This document shows positions 29,201 to 43,300 of a stretch of DNA of 64,000 nt, one piece after another. The notes below the pieces were generated by a model, which searched no databases, was not told the origin of the DNA, and was given only the letters and a program-made list of their open reading frames with translations. This DNA is from Trichoplax sp. H2 (taxonomy: Eukaryota): contig NOWV01000001.1 of NCBI GenBank assembly GCA_003344405.1, positions 248,001 through 312,000 of the forward strand, read 5' to 3'. The stretch's first letter is position 1. Every line of letters begins with the position of its first letter. The position numbers and the translations under genes are program-made.

Positions 29201-32200
29201 AACATTTAAAATTTATCATAGGGTATGAAATGTTCATTACTATACTACTTTAGAGGTATCTCTTAGACATGATAGTCAAGTTTATCACTATATAGCTAGG
29301 GTTAAACGACATTACGCTTTCTATACGAAAATACAACATGTAAGCATGGAACATTTGAAATATTTAAAGAATATCTTACCGTACAAAGAGATATACATGA
29401 TTTTTGTGTGCTATGTACTCGTATTTGTAACAGAAGCAATGATTCATGATAGAATTAGCATTCTATTGCATGTTAGGAGCAGCAAATTTCATTAGCAAAA
29501 GGAAGACGATAATGCTTGAATAGTTTACCGAACATTATATGATCAGCTCAGGCTTAATGAATTAATCACTTACTGATCCTTTACTATAAATACATTATAT
29601 CTAATATTTAAAATTTATTACTATCCAGCCAAATACCTGAAGATATTGCTTAAAGAGTGAACAGTAAAGAGTATCATGTATAACATTTGAGTGCAATATT
29701 TAAACTTTATTATAATATAATCATATGTACGTTAGGTATGGAACAAGATCACAGGCGCATGTATCCTTATAATGACAAATTAGCGATATATTTGGAGGAG
29801 TTATAGTTAACAAGCAGCAAAACTTATCAATAGAAGATAATCAACCGCGTAAATAAAGCGGTTTAAGTAATTGGCCTGCTATTATGGCAAGAGCAGTAAA
29901 TAAAATTTTGCAACGAACAGGCAGTGCTTTAATCTTCGTCACTAGCAGTGTACATAAAACGATGTTATGTACCTTGTATTATACGTTATATTTTATGCGA
30001 TTGTTAAATAATTTAGACATAATATTCGAAAGTTATTACATAGCAGCCTCGTATAGAGATGCTAAGTAAATCATCTATAGTAATAGTAATAGGCAATCTT
30101 CAGTAGAAAGTTTTATTACTTGACAAGAATGATAATGGATTGCAGGTGATACTTAAACTAGTGACCACGTAAAGTAACTTGATGTGGAACGATAACATAG
30201 ATTTCATACTACACAATGTATTATATCTTAAAATCAATTACAATATAACTATATGTAGTCAATCTTTACTGCGCCATATGCAACATTTCATGTATAAAAT
30301 TTGGAATGGATGATTTTATAAAATATTCTTGCTTCTCCTTTACTACGCTATATAATATGCTTGAAATATGATCTTAAAATTTTTCTTCAAGCATATATTT
30401 TTCAATTTGGGTGCAATAACTATCATAGAATTCACGGTTCATTAAAAAAATGGCATACACATCATATAAATCATTAGCAATTTGACGATGACCTCTCATT
30501 ATAGTTTCTATCAAGCCTTATAACAGTTACAGTAAATCACAAAAAATTCATATTTTTACAGAGTTCAAGGCTTATATATAGCAAAATTAATTGAACATTA
30601 TGTATAAATAGTACGTATAATGGAATACTTGGACTAAATAACTATTTACATATTAATTTTGAGATCTTAGATACCATATAGGCGATTTAAGATGGTGTTA
30701 TGATAATAGCTATAAACTTCAAAGCTTACTTACTATTAAAACTACTCTAACCAAAGCTCTATGTAATAGAAGATGATGAAGCTAACACTGTTTTACAACA
30801 AATATAAAGAGCAGATAAGAATATCATGGCTGCAATTATTACTGAGACAGACGTTTATTTAATCCAAGGTGAGATGCCTGTCCGTGCTAAAAGAGTATTA
30901 ATTATACTATAGATTATTCAATTCTGTCAAATCTGAAGTTTTTATTGCAAGTATAATGGATTTGTATCCATATACGTATATCTATGTTTGTAAATTTTAT
31001 GATTATTGTTAATATTATATCTTAATCGCAAGGACACCAGGTCTCATCAATTAGATTGTTCCACTTGATGAAAATGAAAGACAGTAAGGAAATCTTTCCC
31101 ACAATGCAAAATATGAATCATTTGACTAATATTGTAGTATAGCTGTAAATAGATCATATTTGGAGTTAGATTGTAAAATTTTTCATTGATTAATCACTAC
31201 AGAGATGCAGGTAGTCTCTGATAGAAAAATTATTAATGTAATAAAGTAAAAATTTTCAAGGAATCAAAGTCGCACCTTATATTTGACTCTTTATATCATA
31301 AATATACTGCAGTGAGAGAGGACAGAAAATAGATCTTTTGCATGAATGATTAAAATATATAATTATGAAATGCTTCACTTACTGCTGTCTACTTTATGAG
31401 CACTAACGCATACAAATGAGGGTAGCATAAAATGTATGTAATCATAGCATTCCATGAATACCAACATTTAATGCACTGGCTACGTTCACTTCCCTACATA
31501 CCAAATATATTTTGTAAACCAAACGTACTAAATAAGAAAGGAGAATAATTTTGTCAGCTTTTTGCATGTAGCAACACTATTGCAATCGCTATCTTGCCAA
31601 TATACTCCTTAATGTTTGAGTAATGTTAATATCATTTCTAATTTACATGGCCAGATCATTACTGCACAGCTAATATTTCGTAATCAAATCAATGTATTCT
31701 ATCCAGTTCAACGCAAATGTGCAAACTAAGAATTCGGGCTCCAAATCATACCTACTTACGCGATAGCACATATTAAGGGTATTTAGGAATTTCTACATAT
31801 TTTTCTGGATCAAGCATAAATAACTATCGATTACACTGTTTCAACGAAATAGTCCAACTGACGGGAAAAATCAGAGCGATTACAGGGTCTTAAAGTCTTA
31901 CAGGAACTCACTATTGGCGAAGAGATTTCAACATTTCCGCTGCAGTATAGTTGATATCTAATCGAGAACACGTCGCTTTATCAATCTATCAATATAAATT
32001 TAAAACAAAAGGAATTACTAACAGTCACCTTGTAACTTTTCAGCTACAATTTTATATTGCTAGAAATTATTATTTACTCTTGAAGTCTGATTCAAAAATT
32101 TTCGGGGTAGTTCAGAAATAATTACGATTTTGGAATCGAATATTGCGCAGCATATTATAGTGTCACTACTGCACTTGAAGAAATAGCATAACCTATGTTG

Positions 32201-34028
32201 TCATTAGATAGCAGGATCATTATATCTCTGGCCGTTAAAATGCTAATCAAGGAACATGAAGATACGATAGTGCAATCGTTTGATAATATGGATTGGAGTG
32301 ACTGGAATATCTAATCATACTATGCAGCAACTATCGAAATCCATTTATCAAATATCAAGATAAAGCAAGTATATTGTTCCTGTTATTATCCCAGGATTGC
32401 TCAAATTGCTACAATAGATTAATATCTTTCATCTTACAGTACAACAGCTATATGATATAAATATAATGAATTTAAAAATAGGGAGCTGGATATATTGCTA
32501 TGAATTTTAGGGTGGTATATCAGTCTCCAAATATATCAATAAAAGATAGGTTATCATCTTCTCCCTCTATTATTTGTATCAAGAGATTAATCTACTCATA
32601 AATTATATTGAATCTTGTTGTAGCTAATCAGAAATCGTTACTAACAATGTAGCAAAAGCAAACGAAAATTTATTTATTATCTGAGAATTGTTTTTATAAT
32701 ACCAATACATTTTTTAATGTCTAATCAAGAGAATATAACATTGGCGAAGATAAAGAACTGTTAAAGTCTAGCATTGTCATATGTAAGAACATTAATTATG
32801 ATCATAAATGAAGAATATCAGAAAAATTTGAAGATGATGACAAAAATACAGATCAGATCAAATTATGATTACGTCATTCTAGATGATAAAGCTTATTTTA
32901 TATATCACATAATCACTTTATAAATGGATTAAGTGATACAATAATTGTCTATGTGGATTGTCATCTTCGTAAAACATTATAAGATAACGTCTTTAGCGTA
33001 AATTAAATTGAAGATGATCTCTAAGAGGTCTCATAAAATTATATCACAAACTTAATAAGATAAAAAGTTGAGATTGGATTTTACATTAGTCGATATACTT
33101 CATCATACAAACACAGAATAAGCGATTATTTCGATTTTCTAAAGTTGCATAAATATGTAAGCGTGAGTAGATAGATTTATGCAAGAACGGAATTACGTAG
33201 TATTCAGTTAACTTAAATTTTCTGACCTACTCTTAATTTATACGTATTGTACATTGAAAATATAAGCTAGGTGTGATTGCTAATGAAACTAGACCTAGTA
33301 TTTATCGATTACTTGAATAATGATTAATATACAAATGTATCCTTTCTAGGTTTACTATAATAATTTTACTATTTACTTAACGAAATTATTCATTTTTTCA
33401 TCCAGCTACTCATGGTTGATAACTTGATGATTTCCACTCTAATTATCATCTTCATTACCAACTATATGGATAACGGATGTAAGTAATACAAGTTAAAATC
33501 TCAGATATATTATGTAAGTTAATTTACAGATATTATTTTCGTGGCATAAATATTAAATAGGACAAATTGATAGATTGTTAGATCTTAATTTCTTGTGCTG
33601 TAATTATTTAACAATGTTTCGCGTAGCTAACAAGATGCAAATTCAATAAATATTATCCAAAAAATTAATTTTGATGCTTTACTTTCCATTTACTCCTTGA
33701 TCAGCTTCGTTTCCTTTACGAATTTCCATGCGATCTAATTGAATATTTCGGCTTTACTTGCTACCTAGTGATCTACATAAGATCACTTCAGTGGCGATAT
33801 CGTATTTCGCTCTAATTTTGCGAATACCAATTACACACAAATATAGATAATTTAATTCCTTTAGATGTATATGTTACGATATACATTATATTAGCCGTTA
33901 TTTCCATCGTCTATTCATGAAAATAGTCAATCAATTTTAACTTGTTCTGTTGTTTTCTTTCAATATGTGATAAAACATCTCCTTCTCAACGGATTGCATA
34001 TAAATTAATCATACTAACATTGGCTTGA

Positions 34029-34039
34029 TTTATTTTATT
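34029..34039 (-). promoter_or_regulatory. Candidate polyadenylation signal for NIM1K (two overlapping AATAAA)
   Basis: TTTATTTTATT on the plus strand reads as two AATAAA on the minus strand, about 360 nt past the stop codon. Such hexamers are common in AT-rich DNA. Confidence 0.3.
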
Positions 34040-34397
34040 TTGCATAGACGTCACCAGTCTTGAAATACACCATAGTATCTTCAGTCTTAGCTAAGTTTCC
34101 AAGCTAGAAGGTTGATGATTTCTGATACGAATCATGCCAAATTATGGAATAATCAACATGAATGCTATTGAAGAGTCATTCTTGTGCATGCTTTCGAGCT
34201 TGCTTTAAAAGATTTTAGTTAGTGTCGCGAGTTCCTACCCAAAATAGATCATCCTATTGAAATTCATGGCCAAAATACTTGCATACATAAATATATTGTA
34301 CATCTAAAATAATAACAATACTCTTTCATAGATCGCCTAACGTTGATCCAAGACGTAGTAAAATTACCATAAAAGCACAAATTTTAAGACTACATTA

Positions 34398-37300
34398 TTA
34401 TAAGATGGTACAAAGTTTAGAAACCGGTGTTTTCCTATTTTCTTTACTTTGTTGATACGAATTAGGACTAGCACCATTCGTGTTCCTTGATGGTGGCGTC
34501 GATAGGCTATTATGCTTAGGAGTATTCCCTTTGGATGGACTCTCCGCTGGACTATCAGTAGTTGCAACTGAGACTTTGTGGCGATTAAAAATAGTACTAT
34601 TGGGTTTTAATGGATTAAAAAATGATAAACTAACTCTACTGGAAGCACTATTACTTCGTAATGAATGTCCATCACTAGGTTTTAAGAAATTACTATTACC
34701 ACCGCTACCATTATTTTGATCTGGACTATTGATTCGTCGTTGCATTCCAAATAAAATAATTCGATAAGTTCCGGTTACATTATTGCGATAGTCTTTGTGA
34801 TCGCCTTTATCATACATTTCTTTAGTAATACCCAATTGCCGTAATTGTTTATTAGCTGTTTCCTCGATTTCTTGCATACTTTCAAAATCTTGATCATCAC
34901 CGTGATGAAATGTTGGTGTATTCTTACATGGAGGATAAGGCTTTGGAAATTCAATTTGTTCTAAAAATGAACTTTCTATAATTTCACGAATGCTATACCG
35001 TTCTCTAGGATTATGCCTTAAAATACTGGTAATCAATATTTTGCAGTCTTGGCTAACAAACGATGGAAAGACATAACGTCCTTCTAAGATACAATCTTTC
35101 AATTTATCCACAGTTTCAGCTCGAAATGGCATTGTACCAACCACCATGAAATACAATAATACACCAAGAGCCCAAATATCAACGAGTGGGCCATAATAAT
35201 AATCATCTTTAAATAATTCTGGCGCAGCATAAGGTGGTGAACCGCAGAAAGTATTTAATTTGGTGGTCGCTTTAGCAAATGTACTAAAACCAAAATCGGC
35301 TACTTTCACTTGCTTATTATTAGACGAAAAGAGGATATTTTCAGCTTTAACATCGCGATGGACAATATCATTTTGATGCTAAAAAATAAGAAGATAATTT
35401 AGTCATTGGCATCGTTATGGTTCGTTTCTGGTATTCGAACAATAACATTGGTTTCAAAATTTAAATTTCAAAGTATATGCAACTTTCGATCAAAGTATGT
35501 CTTACTAATGAAGGTACAATAATCTATTATAATTATTATGGTTATGTAAATCATGTAAATTAATTAACGACAACAATATTGCATTAAAATTAACTGATCA
35601 GATCGAGAATATTGTATTGGAGATGAGATACAGTAATAATTTGTTGATCCTGTGTATAGGCAAGCAATTAAATTATTTTTATGCGTAATCCTGAATTTCA
35701 CTATAATCCAGGAATATAAATGTAAAAAATTTGATATCACTGCTTTGTAATTCAGTTCGTAACATCAGTAATTTTATTTAATTTTTAACCGAATTTGCAA
35801 ATAATGTACCAATAGAAATAGGCAATCATTCATTTACTAAGTTCTTGGTCGAGAAATTAATACTTTTATCTACTAGTGCAGATAATTTTAAATTACTCTA
35901 TATTCGAAGAATTAAATATAGTAACTAACAGCTGCCAAGTATAAATCAGTCGAATACTATATCATTATTTCATTTCAACTTACTCAAACTACTGAAAAAT
36001 TTGTATTAGAAATGAAATACGCCATTGATGTTTACTCCGTTATCATTGTAATTAGCACTATGGATAGAAGATGTTCTCACGTTTTAATAATAGTAAAAAT
36101 AAATAAACGTTAGTAGAGCAACTTGCAGCTGTCAAAACTGTCTATTGACATTCTTGGTATAATTTTATATGAATAATGGTGATAAATAAGTTAGTTGATT
36201 CTATTTTTGGACTATCATTGGATTGATTGCTATGACATTAGCACTAATCTAATAGCATGAACTTGCAATTGCTGACCAATGACCATAGTACTCGAAGAAT
36301 GGAAATTTTTTAATAGAAAATTATAATAAGAGTCTATCATTACAATTAAAAGCCATGTGCATTAGTAACCAACGCAATTCTTTGTAATACTTACAATATG
36401 TTCGATAGCTGAAACAATTTGAGCGAATAAAGGTTTCGCTTCTTCTTCCTTCATTCGTCCTCCTTTTGATATATACGTGTATAATTCGCCACCAGATGCA
36501 TATTCGATAATTAGGTAAAATCGTTCAATTGTTTCTACCACTTCATATAATCGAATAACATTGGGATGATGAAGTCTATCCATAGCATCTACTTCGCACG
36601 ATAATAATTTGCGTGTTTTGTCATCTAATTTGGTCTTGTCCAGAATCTTAACTGCTGCTCGATCTAGTATAAATAAAATAATTTTACGTATGATTAGCAT
36701 TACTTGATCAATATTATTATACGCTTTACTAAGGCGAAGTTCGCAGCTAGGTATTACGTAACAACTTTATTTATTATCGACTAATTTTATTGTAGCCATA
36801 ATTTTTCATCAAGTTTATGAACCATTCTGAAATTATAATGATCCACAAGTCCCTCATGATTTGTAAGTTATAGTTTTTAGTTGATTAGAAGTAGTTATGA
36901 CTGTTCAATTCGTATGCGAAAGCAAATTTTAATTTGATTATCAGTATGTATTTGTAATTTGAAAATAACCCTCATGATAAAACCTGTAATGTATATATAT
37001 CAAAAATTTTTTATAGAAAGCAAACAGTAACAATAATAAATAATTCAATAGCTTTTTCGTACATCAAATATTTAAAACCAATCACAATACGATGAAATTT
37101 ATAGGCGTTATAGACTATCCCTAAACAATATATACTCTGTGCGCTATTGAATTAAATGAAAAGGCTTGATTTCTAAATATTTTATACCGTAAAAAAGAAA
37201 TTAAGTAAAGAGTTGATCTGATCGTAGTGACTGGTAAAGACATCAAATGTTTTTTTTAAGATATCAAGATAAGTTTTGTTAAGAAAAAGAAATTGATAAA

Positions 37301-40300
37301 TTTAGTAAATTAAATAGTGAGCAGACAATAATAATTATACTGCAGTTATTATTTTAGAACGTACGAATCGTGAGCTTTATCATCAAGCAAATCGAATTTA
37401 GGAAAGAATTAGGAATTAATCGTATCGATTAGTATGCTAACAAAAATATGACTGAACTTCCTAGTTATATAAATTGATGTATAGCTCATTTAGAAAAAAA
37501 TTCGCAAAGACAATCTCAGTTATTATTATTATTGCTAGGCGACATATAAATAAGGTTAGTCAATGATATAAAACGAGAACAGTTAAATGACTACAAGTAA
37601 ATATATCAACAATCAGTTCTAAAACATTACCAAGTAGAACATTATAACTGAACTCAGCAAATAGGTTTTCTTATTATAATCAAGCAAAACGAAACTGCTA
37701 GCTAGCTAATATCACCATGACCGCATTAATTTGGTATGAGAAAAGAATTTAAAAGAAAGAATGTAATTAACTATTTCTGTAATGTTTGGGAATGTCATTA
37801 TAGTGATATGTTGGTACATCAAGATCTTACTTAAGAAAAATTAACCTTATTTACAATGCTAACCGATCCTCAAAATTATATAAAAGCTTTTCTTGCTCTA
37901 TAGTATGGAGATATAAGTAAATTATAACTTCCAATCGTTTTGGTTTATGTACTGTATACAAATAAGCCAGGGATGGAAATAATTCTAATAGTAAAATTGA
38001 AACAATAATGATACAATTGATAATCTGAGATAACAGTATACCCGTATAGATAGTTAATATAAAACTAAGCACTTTCATGTCTATAAAATTTAGAAAGATT
38101 ACAAGATAGTTATACTATCAAAACTAGCCTTAGGCTTGTAAGCCAGATACTTGATGGATATGATATGCGAATAGACAATTCCAGTATTTAAATTGAACTA
38201 AATGATTTCATGTACTCCAGTAAGGGTTATAAAGACATTTTAATTATCCCTCATTGACATCTCCAAATGTAAAGATTAAATACGGTATTCAAGTTATTAG
38301 CAGCGGTTTTAGATTTCATAGGATTGATATCTGGCGCAATTGTACATACGGAAAACTTTAGTACTCGAAATGGAAGCAAATGGCCTTATGTGATATGATA
38401 GAAATACTAAGGAACGATAGTTTTCAATCATTTATATCTTTCAAATGTAGGATGGAGAATATAATGCAATAATGAGATAATTAAGATTAATTTTAGCTTT
38501 GTACAGTCAATGTATATAGGTAAAAGAAATTTTACCTTTGAAATTTGTTGTTGTATCTAAGATTTAGAAGCTCATTACTGTAGCCGAAATTGAAGTAAAG
38601 AAGACTTTACATACTAATACGAGAGTGTAAAGGAGTGCCAGGAAATTATAATTTGCAATTAATTGCAGTATTATTCATTATTCCAATTGTTAAAGTAGAA
38701 CAAAAAGCGATCAATCGATATAACGTCATCGTTATGCTATCGAAAGTAGTTATAGATTGATAGAAATTGTAGTTCATAAATATGCTAAGAATATTAGAAC
38801 TAGTTTTATGCCTAATACGTTATATCTGCGATTACGAGTATTTGAAATTGAAGTAAAATTTATTGAAAAGTATAGGTCATCTGTTCAGCGAAATCAATAC
38901 ATACAGGGGAAAATTATATTCTAAAATAGAAATACTTTTATATTGATATTATACTATCTTTGAGAGGGCTATCCAGATTAAGAAATATCAAAGTAATGTT
39001 TGATACCTATTCTCATATATCAATTTTAATGTTGTGTTGCATTGGCGTACTATAATTATATATAAGCGAAACTAGTTTAGTGCAGTAATCTCCATCAAGC
39101 TGGAATGACTAGCAGCAAGTTGGCCTGACAGGACAGCAGGAATACCAATGTGAAAGGTTATTGATTTTCTTGTTCTATAATTTTTAATTCTATTGATAGC
39201 TCTAAAGCCACTCAGTTAATAAAGTTAAAAGATTTGTTTTCGATTTCACTCAATAGAATCAAGAAATCAATCATGAACGTAAAGATACAATAATAATGTT
39301 ATATAAATGGATAGCCATCGATAGAAACAATAAGGGAAAAATAAAGAGTTGAGGAATGCTTTGAGTTGTCAATCGAATCTGATCCTTGTATAATATGGGC
39401 CGGAAAGTTGTTGACGACTGTTGTAGCAATTCATTTCAATTGCTTAGGGAAATCGACGTCATCATGGAGAGACTTGCTTTGTATTTTCTCTATAAACATA
39501 TCCTTGTTTTGTCACTCATGACTAACCTACTTTATCAATATGTTGAATGATGGTTATACACGATTTGGCAACTATTGACTAGCTTGCTATGTAAAAATGG
39601 CTTGGCAATAAAGGCATCGATTAAAGTTATCATTTTCATCATTTTCCTATCTTAAATTACTCTTTATGGTGTGCAATTGATACTGACATAAGTTATAGTC
39701 TTGATAAGTAGTTATAATATGCATTGGTGATGTTACTTCCTCCTTTCGGTAGGGTTATTCGTTTATCCAAAATTTCAATATTGATTACGGGTATAAATTA
39801 GTTTTTTCAGTTCTTTTTAGTTTTATCTAATTTCCATCTTACTTCTATAACGATCAATTACTATTATTTCTGTTAGCAGGATAAAGATAATGAATACTAG
39901 AAATAGATTGAGTCGAACAGATGCTGCCTAATTTTCTTTCATATCATTCCTATATTGCTCTATTAATCATGATATTTTATTGTTAATCTGGTGATAATAG
40001 CATTAGAATTACTGTATACCAAATCAAGTAGACGAATTCAACAGCTTATTCGTCCTTCATTTCTATCCTATTCTTCTAATAGAGCAATAATATTAACTTA
40101 ATCAAGACGATGTCCAAAATAGACTAAATCACACAGCTATTATCATTGTTGTTTATACTACTACAATACCCATCATAGAAAAGATGAAAGGAAGACCATT
40201 TTCGAAATATACTGCGTCTGTCAGACATGTCTAGCTTTGCTGACATAGTCTTACTTGTTATCATTGGTAAAGTAATAGATGAGAATTCCTATTTTGCTAT

Positions 40301-43300
40301 AAAATGTGAGGAAGACAACTTTTAAGTTAAACCCAATGAGATATACAATATTAAGTCGGTCTTGTTGGCTCCAATCTTTATAAATACTACACCAAAGTGA
40401 AATTAAACCATAACCCTAAGTCGCTATTATGGTTTATTGCTGTTTTTTTTATAAAGATAGAGATGCCAAGCGGTCAAATTAAACGTTAGCTGAATAAGAT
40501 CGATGAAATCAGTCTTAATTTACTCAATCTCTAAGATGCAATAAAAGCAATATCGAAATGACATAATAAGATAAACGATATCGGTTTTATTTGCTCGAGA
40601 TCTCCATCATGATGTATTATCACTATTATAATAATAGAGATGTAAGAGACTAAATCAGAAATAGGTATTTCCAAATAAGGTAGGCATATCCGTCTTATCA
40701 GACCCAGTCTATCCTTAACGATATATTATTGTTGCAGTACTTTTACTAGAATGCTAGCGATCAAACGAAGATTGTATTGTATATGAGTAGTGAGCAAGTC
40801 AAGTCAGATCATCATTGGTCTTATTTCTTTCCTTACATTTGAGCTCGCATTTCTATGAATATACGTATGTTAATCATTGTTGTGGAAAGTATTCCAATAA
40901 AGACAATATTGGACTGTCGTAAAATTATATTTACAATCATGTTTTTACTGAGATAAGGATCATGTCTCATTTCAACTTCAATCAAGATGGAACCATTGTC
41001 GTCATAATCTTCTAACGAAGATAATATTGGCAAGTTCTTACCCATAATACAATCTTGGCTTCACTATGATACAGATTATGTCTGATTTCAATTTGAGTCA
41101 CGAAAGATAGAAAGTATTTCTACTTTATTAGTAGGCAAATTTGTACTAATTGCATTTATATTAAATTTTAATTTGTACTACTTTGTAGTAGGCAAATTGA
41201 AGAATGTAGTCAAAAATAGGAGAACTGACGTTATTAGGTGTAATTTTGCAACGAAAATGCTTTATCTGTTAAATAAACTTGTGTTGAAGAAATGAAAGTA
41301 AACAGAAATATTGCACATTCAATCCAATTGTCTTAGTAAGCTAAATAGAACAGATCTGATTAAATCGAAAAGAATAGGATTAATAGTTATTATCAGGTCA
41401 AATGATTGTCCAAAAGGAATAGAAAGGGATTTGGCTATTGCCACAATGATACAGAAGATGGAAGAAAAGATTATCAATGCGGCCAATTATAACAGGATGA
41501 TTTTTATTCTGTAAGTCGCATAACGTATTGCTTATTCTATGGCAAGCAGGCAGGCATAGAAGGAGATTACAAGTTTTCCTATCATAATAAAACAGTCTAC
41601 CGTATTATGAGTCGATGTAAAAGTCTTGTACTAGCATATTAGGTTATAGCTGGTCGAAGATTGATTTTCGAGCTGTCTTCAACCCATAATTAGTATACTA
41701 ATCCTAGACTATCACAACGTTTTAGTGTGATAAAAAGGATTGCTTTGAGTCACAGTTTGATTCTAATCATTCTCATATAATAATCTAGAGCATAGGATCT
41801 TCATTAATATTCTGGTACTCTTAGAAGAAAGAAAGAGTTTAGATCAAATTAAAAAAATTTTAATCTACAAAACTATGCTTGGCCACAGGTGAGGCAAAGG
41901 TGTGATAAAGTTAGAAACGACTTGCCTGTTTCCATGCTGTATTTATAGCAAGATCATTTTAATTGGCTTTAAAGATAGTAATATTTTTATCACCCTCGAG
42001 TTGGTTCTCAAAGAATTAAGGATAGAATCAAGCCATGTTGTACAATAGCTTACCAATTGATACCTCAAAATTGATAGTAACATCATTGCTTGAATCATTT
42101 CTAAGATAGAAAGTTGTTCATTTAAAGACTGGCAGCAAAGCAAATGTCGCTCTTCTAAGCATGTCAACGACGGATATCTAGATAAATTGTTATGCCATTT
42201 ATAGCAGTAGTCAATAGTATCTATCGTACAGAGTCAAGAGAGTAAATATATCCTGCTTAAAGTGTAAGCTCCTATTATTCAGTCCCTTTAAATAAATAGA
42301 ATTGACCCGAAAGAGTTAGAGAGTCAATTTTTCCGACAGCAAGCGCAATATACTATCGATACGAATCATTGCATAGTAATTTCATTGGGGAAGACAAGGC
42401 TCGAGGCATTGGCATTAAGTAATAAAAATAAAATAGGCTATCAACTTATCTAGAGAATAGGGTTGAATTTATTATGGAGGGGGCAATTAGAATGATTTCC
42501 TATTCTTACATTAATGAAAAGATAATACTTAACATCTTTTTTTACAGTGGAAGAATTTACCATTTCAGGTTTATGGGTAGAACAAAATCAAATTGATTGT
42601 TTTAGATATCATGGACTATCTTACTGAAATGAAAGGAATTAAAAGTAGTTGTTGTGGGATCTCTAAGTAGATACTTAATAGTTAGTCCCTTTCTATATAT
42701 ATTCCGTGTATTAATTTACTCATTTCAATAATAGGTCATGATAAAGAATTTATACTCAATAAAATAATTTAGAACCCATTTAGCTATAACTGCACATTGG
42801 TGTTGATTTAATCGACCATAAGATAGCATAACTACTTATATCATCGACAGGTATAATTTAAAACTATGGTTAAAAAAATAATATAAAATCCTTTGGGTAT
42901 AACCCAATGTGGTGTTGATTTAATTTAGCATAAGATAGCATAACCACTTATATCATCGATACGTATAATTTGAAATTCAATTCAATAAAATAATCTAAAA
43001 TTCATTTCGTTATGACCTAGTATCAATGTTGATTCAATGGAACATAAGACAGTATAACAACTTCTATCACCGATAGGTATAGTTTAAAATGAATCATTGG
43101 CAGTATAAATAAAAGTGGATACAAGAACTAATCATGAAAGTTTAATATTTTTTAATATCAGTCTGCATGACTTTACCATCATTATTTATTCCTTTACTTC
43201 TTTATATCAGTCTGGGCTGGTAATTAATAATATATTCTATGCTATTAACCTTGATAAATTATGATATGTAATGCTAGAATCAGAACTTAGGGTTAGATAT

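Noticed and set aside
38654-40440. Palindrome TGCAATTAATTGCA (38654) and stem TAAACCATAA..TTATGGTTTA (about 40404-40436)
   Set aside because: AT-rich inverted repeats of this length are expected by chance in 64 kb.
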